Part shown: in pieces, positions 12,901 through 24,900 of the stretch
How positions within the stretch are numbered: the first letter of the stretch is position 1
Layout: each line of letters opens with the position of its first letter
Source of the DNA: Rhina ancylostomus
Taxonomy: Eukaryota
Length of the DNA: 64,000 bases
Direction of reading: 5' to 3'
Assembly (NCBI GenBank): GCA_030265395.1
Contig: JARFYF010000051.1
Span: 17,744,264 to 17,808,263 of the forward strand
The notes under the pieces: generated by a model
The model's input: only the letters and a program-made list of their open reading frames with translations
Told to the model about the DNA's origin: nothing
The model's database searches: none
Made by a program: the position numbers and the translations under genes

Positions 12901-15900
12901 TGGTGGGGGGGGGTGGGGAGCTGTAGATTTCAGTGCAACAAAAAGAGAAATTGGAAAAACAAAGCTTCAGAAAAAAAGGCAGGAGGAGATAGCGCTGCAC
13001 AAGTTAAGTGACCTTGAGTTGTCCTTCTGGAAGTTTCTGAGTTACTGAAGGCTGTAGGGGCCTGGATCTCGTGTTACAGCTTAAGCCCCAGGCAGCTGCT
13101 GCAAGAGGCCATAAGCACATGGTATGGGAATAATTGCTTATTCTGGGTCAGATCAATAACAGCCCTCAGCCACATACACCACATCCAGCTGCAGTGGCTC
13201 CCACCTCCCCCTTCCACTGGGTGTTGTATCTACTCCCTCCTGCCCCACTTTGCTCCACATCTTGTTCTTGTCCAAGCCTGGGACACAGACAACTCTCCAT
13301 TTTCCCTCATCCCCTGTGGGGATCTGCAAAAAGGAATTGCATGCTCGGATTGCCCCACCAGAACATCACCATGAAATCAGATGACAAAAATCACTGTTCA
13401 TCATTGCTACTGTGTTAACCATTGTGTGGCTGGAAGAGGGCAAGGGAAAGAACTAGTGAATAGGTAACAGAAGAAGGTATAAGTACAGGAGGCAAGCTGC
13501 ACTTAAAACAGTGCCACACTCCCTCCACCCACCCACCAAAATTCTCCCCAGTCACTCACCACTATCCAGCTCTGACATGTAACATTCCTCCACAGCCCCA
13601 GATGGGGTCCGAACTTTTGCATCGATCACTCCTCTTGCTCCATTCAGCTGAACTGCAAATGAGGCTTGTTGGTTGACCTTTAACCCTGATTCCTGGGCAC
13701 AGATTAAATAGATAATAAAATCTGAGCAAACATTCCAGATCCATTTGCCCAAGGCTCAGCATTTCACAAGTTGGAGTGTGAAGGGCCTCTACACTGTCCA
13801 TCAAAAAAAGCACCAAGGCGAAGGTAATATACTTTAGACAGAGGAAAGCTCCATCTGCAGAGTCCCAACAATCACTCCAAGGCCAGGTATAGTGTTAAGC
13901 TTTCTACCTCAATATTTCAACTAGCAAACAGTTACAAGAAAAGGTGGTGGTAATTTAAAACTGAAGTGTGTAGGAATTTCATCTCACATTGGTCATGGGT
14001 GCTGACATTGAGAGGCAGCAGCTCCACTAACTGCACCACATTTAATGGTAGGGCAAGCTTGAGGGGCCAAGTGGCCCGTGATAGTGCAAGAAACTAGGAA
14101 CAATCTTAAACACCAGCCATCCTGTGTCCTCTCAGAGTAGAGGAAGGCTCAGCAATGCTCTCTCAAGTGTAATGCAGGCTGCTTTGTGCTGAACAGAAAT
14201 CAGCTGCCATTTAACTTCTGCAAAAAACTCATTCTTTATGAAGTCATCACGGGAAAAAGTCTGGTTGTCAATTCAGACCAGATGTAGTGGGGGAGCAGCA
14301 CAAGCTCCTCCCGTGATTTCTCAGCTGCTGCTGCCTCCCAGTTCTGGAAACCCCTTTGAGCACTGTTCAATGCCCTGCACCAGCAGCTTCTCATCCCCCA
14401 CAATCCACAAAAACCCTGCCCCACCCCACTCTGAAACACAGCCACATTCAGTGCCTGCCTTGTGCACACCTGGAGACTGGTAACGGTGAGTCTGCGGGCA
14501 GCATCCGAGGGAGAAGCAATCGGAACAATAAATGGAGAGTCTGGGATGTGCTCATCATTGAACTTGATGGATACCTCATAGTCACCTGGAAAAAGAAGAG
14601 AAGCTCAACTCAAGTCTGGATACAGAAGGTTTAAAAAAGACAAAACAATTCCATCCAATTTACTGACCAGGTTCCTGTACAACGTAGGAAACGCCACATG
14701 AGCCATCCTTGCGATCTTCAAAAGAGATCTCTGCTTTGCTTGGGCCTTCCACAGCAATGGAGAGACCACCAGCCCCAGCCTCACGGGTCCAGATGCTGAA
14801 TTCAGCTGAAAACGGGAGAAAGCAGTGAGTGACTGAGGGATAGGCACACAAAATATACTCCATAACCTCAACAAATCTACACCACCATTCTGTTCTTCCT
14901 GTGATCAGTCTCTCTCCATACCCCATCCCCGGACCACACCTATATACTCTTCCATCCTCCACCAAAGACTGGCCCCATTCCTGCCCTTCCTCAAGTAGCA
15001 CCTGTTCTCTACTCATCTGCCATTTCATTAAGCATCAGAAACTCACCTGGCACTGCAGCAACACCACGCTCCAAACCAGAACCCCCAGCTCGAACCTTGT
15101 GGGATCCTCCCTCGCCCAGTGGCCCCACAGTGAACTGGAAGGGGCTGCCGGGAACATGTTGGCCTCGATACTTAACATTGACAGTATGAGAGCCCATCTC
15201 TTGCGGTATGAACCGCACACTGTAAGTGCTGTCGTCTCCCTCAATAATTTCTGCATCATCCATCTTCCCAGATGGGCTGGTGACCTGTGCCGTCATCTCC
15301 TTTGCTCCAACTTCCACTGCAAAGAACAAAAAGTTAGAAAATTTCTTAAATCATATGGCAATAGCACCCCATAAATATTGGTTCATCACTTCCTTTTCAA
15401 ATATCATGTTACCCCCTCTTGATTAAGCACAGTCAGATGCACACCTTCAGCCCGTGGGATATTGGTAAAGGAGCCCAGGCTTTCACGGCCCATGAACTCT
15501 CCGAATACATTGTGGAAAGGGTCCCCTCCAACTTGTGTGGATTCCTCCACTCTCACTTCTCTCTTAGTTTCACCACCACGCGTTTTACTGATCTCAGTCC
15601 GTTCCGTGCGTGTGTAGGTGTGGCTACTGCGTGTAAAGGTCCTGGTCAAACGCTCCTGTGCAGACACCATCTGGAACCAATTTCCTAAAAGAAAAAGGGG
15701 GCAGGTGGGGGAAGATGAAGGAAGACAGAACCAATGAGCAAAAAGGTGAAGTTTGGGGGGGGGGATGCAATATTGTCTATTTTGGCAGAAAACAATAAAT
15801 AAAAGCACATCTACATGGAGCGAGACAGCCAAGCTCTGATAGAGGGATCTGGGTCTGGTTCACTCAAGGATAGTATGCAGGTACAGAAAGTAATCAAAGT

Positions 15901-18900
15901 TAACAGGTTATTATTGAGAGGTGAATGGAGTACAAAGGAGGTTAAACTTCAGTTACAAGGCAAAAGACACCACATCAGGGAGTACTCTGAGCAGTATTGG
16001 TTCCCTTAAGGAAGGATGAAAATGGGTTGGAAGCAGTTCAGGTTAACTGGACCAACATCTACTTGTCTGTTGAGGAACGTTGCACAAGCTAGACTTGCAT
16101 CCACTCGAGTTCAGGAGAGTGCAAGACAATATGATTGGAACATACATTATCCTGAAAGATCTTGAACAGGAGGAAGTTTTTGGACCTCTTCCTCAAAAGG
16201 ATCATGGAAGCATAGTTTCTGAACATTTGGGATAGATGTAGATAAATACCTGATGAGCAAAAGGGATGCAGACATACTAAAATGGTAGCCAGGGAAGTAG
16301 AATTGAGATTACAATCAGATCATTTGCACGCTTATAGAATGGCAGAACAGGCTTGAAAGGCAAGTGGCCTACTCCTACTCTTACATTTGTATGTTTACAA
16401 AACACCTTGCAAAGCTGCCATACAAACCTCAACATGCTGTTTTAACCCATTAATGGGCCAGTGTTAAAAATCAGTCCCAAACAGTTCCTTCAATTACCAA
16501 TCTTGCTCTCAGTTTTCAAGAATCCATCTCAACTAGCCAGACATGTCACTGAATATCGGTCAGTGATATGACTAATGACCACTAAGTTGGGAACTGCCAA
16601 TTATATCTTCTTCAAATCAACATTGGGAGGCTGCTTGGAAGCACATCCTGATCATTAAGGATCTAATAGCATTGGATTGTTAATACAACAATTAAAGGCA
16701 CAGAGACTAAAAGACACAGGACAGCTGGTTTACTGAAATCTACAAATTAGATAAAAACAAACTTGGCAACAGTGATGGTGACAATGAAACTACCAAGTAG
16801 TCAAGAAAACTATTACTTCAGTACCAATCACTGAGAAAATCTGCCATGCTTGGGCTAGCTACATGCTGGCCTAGACCCACAGTATTATGGTTGACTGTTA
16901 AATATTGAAGTGGCAAATCACTTAGTTTAAGGGCAATTAAGGTTAGACATTTAAAATCAGGTGCATTTGCTTATACAAGATGTGGTCATCTCTGGCAAGG
17001 CCCACATTTATTGTCCTTCCCTCAATGACGTTAACATGGTAGTGATGAACCACCTCGAGGCAATATAGCGTACTCCTGCTTTCATTTCTTATTTCTAACT
17101 CAATTAATTCAAAATGTAGATACCCTTCTCCCTTATAGCCATTCCTCTCCATTCAAATGACTATGCTCACTTTATATCTGTGCCAGGCATAGTTTGGTAC
17201 AGGAACAGTATGCAGATTTCTGTGCAATGCTGAGAAATACACAAGTTAAGAGTTCATGAAAAGTCCATCAGAGCCATGTAATCAGGAAATTTCCAGCCAG
17301 TTGTGTGGAAATTTAGGATTTCTTCATCATTTAGAGGTAAGTGCTGTTCTTCACAAGCCTTCATTCTTAAACAAGTCAGTCTCAAAATACTAGAAGTAGG
17401 GGTGTCATAGTCTCAAAATAAGTAGTAAGCCATTTACAACTGAAATAGGAACACATCTCTTCACTTAGAAGGGTATGAATGCATGGAATTCTACCCCAGA
17501 GAGCTGTGGAGGCTTAATCCTCAATTGCATTCAAAGCAGAAATCAATAGCATTTTGGATGTTGGAGGAAGCAAGGGATAGGGCAGAAAAGTTGCCACAAG
17601 GCAGAAGATTTTGTTGAATGACCGAGTAGATGCAAGAGGCCAAATGGCCTACTCCTGTTTTATTTCTGGATGGTCCACTTAACAGTAAACCCAGTATGTT
17701 GGTGTATTTAGAGATGTTAATACTCCTGAACAACAAGTGGAGCAGATTAATGTTTGAGATAACTACTTCAAACTCATAGGGCACAAAATGTTATCCCATG
17801 GCTAAATGTTGTCTAAAACTTGTTCAACAAAGGCATGGACATCTTCATTAGCTGAAGCATCTACCCAATGTCACCAAAAAATCCAAAAGCCAGGAAAATG
17901 CCTTTTTGAAAGCTATTTTCCCTACAAGTCCTAAAGCCTTCTAGGCCCAGCTGCCTCCATTTTCTCACCCACAGATTTCTATAACACATAACCCCAAAAA
18001 AAAATAGGTATCAAGGGTTATGGGGATAAGGCAGGAAATTGGGGATAATTTTTTTTCCTCTTCTTACCTTTCCCCCCCCCCCCCGGCCCTTCTCCCTCTT
18101 ATTTCTATTTCCATGGAGCAGGCTCGATGGGCCAAATGGCCTTCTTCTGCTCCTTTATCTTGTGATCTTGTGAAAAATAATGAAAATCATTACACAGTGT
18201 TGCTACATCTTTGTAACAACATTTTCCAATTAGAAATTCCCATGTTCACACTCATCATAGAAAAGCTATCTGAGAACTGGACTTTAGGTCCATATACATT
18301 CATATGTCAAGATCTTGGAGTCCAAAAAAAAAGCACAAAATAGTTGCAGTACAGGAAGAGGATATTCACCCCTTGAGTGGATGCTAATTACTCATAGAAT
18401 AATCACATTAGTCCCATTCCCACACACTTTCCCCACAACCCTGCAAATTATTCTCTCTCAAATGCCTATCCAATTCCATCTTAAAGGCAATGATTAATTC
18501 TGTTTCCACAACCCCATCAGGGAGTACATTCCACCTCCCAATTCCAAATTGAAATTTTAAAGTCTTCTTCACACACCCCTTGTATCTTCTCTGCAGAATT
18601 TTCGATTTATATCTTTTGGTGCTTGAACCATCTGTTAATGGAAAAAGCTTCCCTCTATGTAGCCGATTAAACCATGCATGATCTTGTACAAATTATCTCA
18701 GTACATTGTTCCAAAAAGAATAACATCAGCTGCCCCAGTTTAACAGCATAACTTTATGCCCAGCTATCTTCTAGCCCTTACACTTGTTAGAAACTGCTAC
18801 TGGTCAACAAAAAGAGTAAGAATATAGACATTGTGAATTAAATAAGACCTTCTAGGTGTTTAGATGACACAGATGTGGGCAGGATTGAGTTGGCAGTGAA

Positions 18901-21900
18901 CCTTTCCACTGAAATCATGACAACAAGGGGCAAGGGGTCTAGTACCCATCCTCAACTGCCTCTGCCATCAGTTAGAGAGAAAACTGACGCAGAGATTTAA
19001 AGACCTTATCATTGATCCAGCAGCAAGGGCAGAGCTGAAGAAAATACAAATGAATCTGCTTTCATGCTGTGGTTTCCATCAATTGAGAGTAGATACCTGT
19101 GATGGGACTTGCTGGAGAGTACACAACCAATAGTTACACAGAAATGTGAATTAAGTGGAATAGAGTGAGGTTTTAGGAAAGGGGAAGTACCAGAGGAGCA
19201 GTGGCAGAGACCAACAAATAGTACCAACAGTCACACCTCCACTGTTGCAGCAGTGATGGGTTTCGTTCTTCATCTGACTCCGACAAACATTAAATGTATG
19301 GGAGATTGGATCATTTGGACCAGACTAGCTGTGAAAGGGCATATTTAGTGCCAGGACCTTGCTTAGAGGGAAAACATAGCCAGAAATGTAAATCCTGATT
19401 TATTATCAGTGTGATCTGCTGATAAGATGGCATAGAAAACTTGATTACAAGTTGGTGACATTACAAGACAAATCCAGCAGTGGAACCTATGGCATAATAC
19501 TCTGCTGTGATTTTCATCAGGGATAATATTTGATGAAAGGCCTTCTGGTTGATGGTGGCAGGGTTTTAGAACCCACCCCATTATGAGCCACGATTTACTA
19601 CAAAGGGAAGAAACAAACAATAAAGCCATATTTGTGCATGTTACACTTCAATTTGGCCCTAATTTTGGCTGTTGATTACAATAAAATGGATCCTCAGTAA
19701 CAAAAAGGACTAGGAATAAACCATTCTCCCTCTTGAGATTGCTCTATTACTCAATTAGATCAAAACTGATCAGCACCTTTGGTTCACTTCTTCACAAAAA
19801 TCAATTGGTCTTAGCTCCAATTCTTTACCCGCAGCCTTGTGAAGCAGAGCTCTGAAATTCTACCACTCTTTTTGTGGAAAAAGTACTTTCTGAGTTTACT
19901 TCTGAATGGCCCAATTCTAATTTTAAGGTTATATCCTCTTATTCTTGAGTTCTCCACAAGAAGAAATAGTTTCTCCAAGACTATTCTATTCAACCCTTTT
20001 AACATTTTGAATACCTTTGATTATTTCACTCCTCAATCTCAATCCTTTGATTGTTGACATGCATTTGGAGGTTGCACTGCCTGAGGTGTTGTTTCCACTT
20101 AAAGCCCTGTGTTAACTTGTTAAATTATTATTAGTTCTTACTTATGCTGCAAGCTGTTTCAAGATTTCACATCCTCTCTAATTAGAACCTCAGAAGGTTC
20201 TGATCAACTACATAAGAACATTTAAAAGAAATAAATATAGAATGAGAGGTAACTTCAAATAAAGCAGAGGAATTTCAGGTTTAAGTACACTCATTGCTGC
20301 TTAAAAGCTGCATTGCTCATGAAATTGATATTGGCTAACAGTCCAATCACTGGAAATCAAGTAGTAATATGCTGCTAACACTAGAACTCTGAAATAAAAA
20401 CAGAAAATGCTAGAAATACTCAGAGAAGTCAGCATCTGGGGAGTGAGAAACAATATCAACATTTCAGGTTAATGAATTTTCATCAGAATTGATGAACCAG
20501 TACTGATGAAAGGCCATTAACAGGAAACATTAATTCCATTTCTCTTTCCACATTTGCTGGCTGACCTGCTGAGTACTTCCAGCATCTTCTATTTTCATTT
20601 TAATCATAGGAAGTTATATTTTAGAAAGTATAGAAGAACCTGTATTTCTGTAGCATATTTTACAACTTCAGGATGATGCCTGGCACTTTACAAACAGTAC
20701 AATGTTTCAAAACACAAATACAGCAGCTTACTTCAACTAACAAGAATCCAAAAATTCCAAATGACATGACCGACCATTAGGTGGATTTGTCTGTACTGAC
20801 AAGGTAAAAAGCTTTGTTTCAATCCTTCCACTTTTCAATTCATGCCGTAATTTTTTTTTGATATATCAGCTTGCATAGCAGCTGAGGTATCAATTTAATG
20901 TCTCAGCAAAAGGTGGCACTTCTGAAAAAGTAGCACTACCTTCAGTTGGACAGGGGCTTTTGGGAATCCATAGGCCTCATCTGAAATTATCATCACAACT
21001 CGAGATCCTTAAATAGTGCCTTACCTTCCACCTTAATAAGACATCCAGTCTAGGTGTATTACTTCATTTTCAAAGATGTAGAGGCTATTTTCACTGAATA
21101 TTTTGCTTATTCATTTGTGAATGTGGACATTGCTGGCAAGCTGGTACTTATTGCCCCAAATTGATGCTGAACTTGATAAAGCCATTTCATAAGGCAGTAA
21201 AGACCAGATTGGGTAAACATGGCAAAATTCTTTTCTTTAAGGATCCTATGACAACTTACTGCTACCACTAGTTTCACGGTTACCAATAGTGACAACACTG
21301 GCATTTTAGTTTCAGATTTAGTTAATTATTTGAATTTAAGGTCCTCAGCTGCCATGGATTTCAACTCAATAATTCTGACCTCTATATAATAGTCTAATAA
21401 CTTAACTGCTCTGTTCTTATATCCAACTATGTCCAGTGAAAATAGAACATAGAACAGTACAGCACAGGAACAGGCCCTATGGCCCATGCTGTCTGTGCTG
21501 AACATGATGCCAGTCCAAACTGATCCCATCTGCCTGCACACAGTCTATATTCCTCCATTCTATCTGCCTCGTATCTGCTTCCAATACTTCCCCTGGCAGC
21601 ACCTACCACTCTCTGTATAAAACATTTGCCATGTAAATCTCCTTTAAACTTTCTCTCTCTCACCTTAAGGCTATGTTCTTGAGTATTTGACATTTCAACA
21701 CTGGAAGAAAGACTGACTACCTGCCCTATTTATGCCTCATATAATTTTATATATTTCTGTCAGGTTCTCCTCAGCCTTCGCATGCCAGAAAAATCAATTT
21801 AAGTTGGTCCAACCTGTCCTTACACCTAATACTCTCTAATTTAGCCAAAATCCCGTGAGCCTCTTCTGCATCCTCTCCAAAGTTTCCACCTCCTTCCTGG

Positions 21901-24900
21901 AATGCAGTGACCAGATTGCACACCCTCCTCCAAATGTGACCCAACTGAGGTTTTATTGCAACATGACTTCGACTCTTATACTCGACACCCCACCCGGTGA
22001 AGGCATGTATGCTGTATATCTTCTTTACCACTCTATCAACTTGGTGTTGCCACTACCACCCTATCTACTTGTTTTGCCATTACCCAATGCCATTCCATGC
22101 ACCAAAACAGGCTAAATTTCTCTACAGAGCAGACAATGGCATATTTTAAAGAGTACAATTCAGATTAGGACACTTGTTGTGCTCATCTCACATTCCACAG
22201 AGATTATCTGTAACAGCACCATGCTGTGCAGTGGGGGAATGACAATAAGGAGAAGAAATAAAAGAAAGAAGAGAATGGGGAAAGGAAATGGAAGTAATAG
22301 TAGCATTAAATTGTATAGGAAAGGACCACATTTTGGTTCACTGGATGTTGCAGTTTCAATGTAAAGGAAAATCAAGATCTTTTGGTACTTTAAATCAATC
22401 CCCCTCCTATATTGGATCCTGATTATGATAATGAGTTAACTTCTCTGAAAAGCCTTTTGACTACAAAAAAAATTTCTGAGTGGTTCTTTCTTAAACTATT
22501 TCTAACTGTAAGATCCTTCTCCTGAAGAAACCTTTTCTCTTCTTGATGGAAGATCTTTACTCCTAATTTTGTGTAAGGCAATGATGACCAATTACAAATA
22601 GTTCCATTTCTATTTCAAAACCAAATTTAAAATAGTCCTGTTTAATGTAATGAGCAAGGATTAATATGGGATCTTGTGGACAAAGATCCCCTAGAGGGTA
22701 GTGAGCACAATATGACAGAATTCAAAATGTAGTTTGAGGGTGAACACCAGAGGTTGAAAACCAGTGTCTTCAATTTAAATAAGGGCAATTACAATGGTAT
22801 GAGTGAGGAACTGTTTAATGTGAATTGGGAAACAAGCCAAGAAATATGTCAGGAGAGGAACAGTGACAGATATTCAAAAATAACAAAAACAAACAGTAAA
22901 AGTGGTGGCTAAGGTAAATGTGGGGCCTTCAGAGAATGAGGCTGGTGAATAACAGCAAAGAAATAGCAGATATGTTGAATAAATTTTTTGCATCGGTCTT
23001 TACCCTAGGATATCAGGTGGACAAATCTCAAATAACATGGTATAACTTACAAAAATCCCAAACTCAGGGAGCTAAAGACGGCAAGTCACCAAGATCCAAA
23101 GGACTGTATGCTAAGGCTTTAAAGGAAGTGGCTGCAGAGTTTGTGGACTCAATGGCTGAAACTTTTGAAAATTTGCTAAATAAGCAGAGGGTACCAGATG
23201 TTTGGAAAATAGCCAATGTGATTCCCTTTTTCAAAAAAGGTAAAAGGACAGGGAATTACACACCAGTTAGCTTAACAGCTATTATTGGCAAGATGCTGGA
23301 AACTTTGCACTTGTCTGAGTTACAATCCTCCACTTACTTTCCCAGTTGGCTGATATCCCGCTGTAACCTTCACAACCTTCTTCTCTGTTCACTATACCAC
23401 CAATTTTGATATCTGCAAACTTACTAATCGTACCTGTCCAAATATCTTTTAAATGTTGTATTTTTTGTGTCTTTCACACATTTTGGCAGATAATTTTGGG
23501 AAGATGGACTTAATGCTTATATACCAAATAAACATGAGACTATAAATTATTCAACATGCACTAATGGTCAAAATGGTTACAATGTGCAAATAATCTGAGC
23601 TCAGTCAGTTCTGCTAAGTATGACTTCTGAGTGCAACCCTTTCCCCCCCCTCCCCCCGATTGTTCAGTGGCTGCATAGATCAGCACGGAGGCCAACACTG
23701 TTATTAATTTTGACCTCTTGAGAAAGGAAGTGTCACAATGTTGATCGAAAGCAAACTCACAGAGAACCCAAATGCGGCACACTGATACGAGACTGGAGTC
23801 AGGATACTTCCTCAGGACAAACGCAGGCAGTAACTGGAANNNNNNNNNNNNNNNNNNNNNNNNNNNNNNNNNNNNNNNNNNNNNNNNNNNNNNNNNNNNN
23901 NNNNNNNNNNNNNNNNNNNNNNNNNNNNNNNNNNNNNNNCGAATGGCCTTCTTCTGCTCCGTTATCTTGTGAAAAATGCAGGTTGTGAGAAATTGCCTCC
24001 AACAAGGGGACAATCCCCCACAGCTAATTCCCCAAATAGCCCTTAAGTTAAACTCATCCAAGAGCTGCAGTTGCCTCCTGTCAGTCAGACCGAACAAGGC
24101 TTCCCACTGTCACCCATGACCATGCACATCTGCAAGGATCTTGTTTGTTGAAGAACAGTATCCATTTGCAAAAGACAATGAATGGCATGCATAGAGGATT
24201 GTAGAGGAAACTGCTCAGAAAAAAGAGCAGCTAACATTTATTCTGCCCCTTGTGACACTTGACCTTGGCCCAGGGGTTGTACATACCTGGAATCTTTAGA
24301 TTCAGGTCACAGGTGCTACCCACAGTTGCTATGGAGGGTGCCTGTCGTCTCCTGGTGATACTCTCCTTAATTCTCCCTTCACCAGTCATCTTCACTGTAA
24401 AAGGACTTCCTACAACAAAAGTCACATGGTAATTAGTAGCAAGCCAAATGCAGCTTGCTATATCATACAGTCACTGAGTAACTTGCTGGTTGAAAAGTCA
24501 GGTCACAGTGAAATCTGCTGCTGGAGTCCACTGTTGTTCAAATCATTGCCATGGCCTGACAGTGTGAAGGAGCCCTCGTTTTCTGGTTACTTACCTGGCA
24601 CATGGTGGTCAGCAAATTTAATGTTAATAATGTAGTTGCCTGGCTCAGTTGGGCAGTAAGTCACTTTGCAAGTTCCATCCTCCTGATCCTCACAATTGAT
24701 GTCCACTTTGCTGGGACCTTCAATGGACAGACCAAGCCCTCCGTAACCTGGGAGACAGGTGCAAAACAGTGCATCAAGAACAAAGGATAGCCTACTCCCA
24801 AGTTAAATACAATTGCTTGCTCAGGTCTTTAAAACTTAAAATGTTCCCAGCACACATTTAGTCATTCAGTTAATCATTCCAAAACACCAACTATCCCATC

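Noticed and set aside
19363-19629. 88-aa minus-strand ORF after a pyrimidine tract in intron 39
   Set aside because: No recognisable homology, and the open frame is not the phase FLNC needs at that acceptor.
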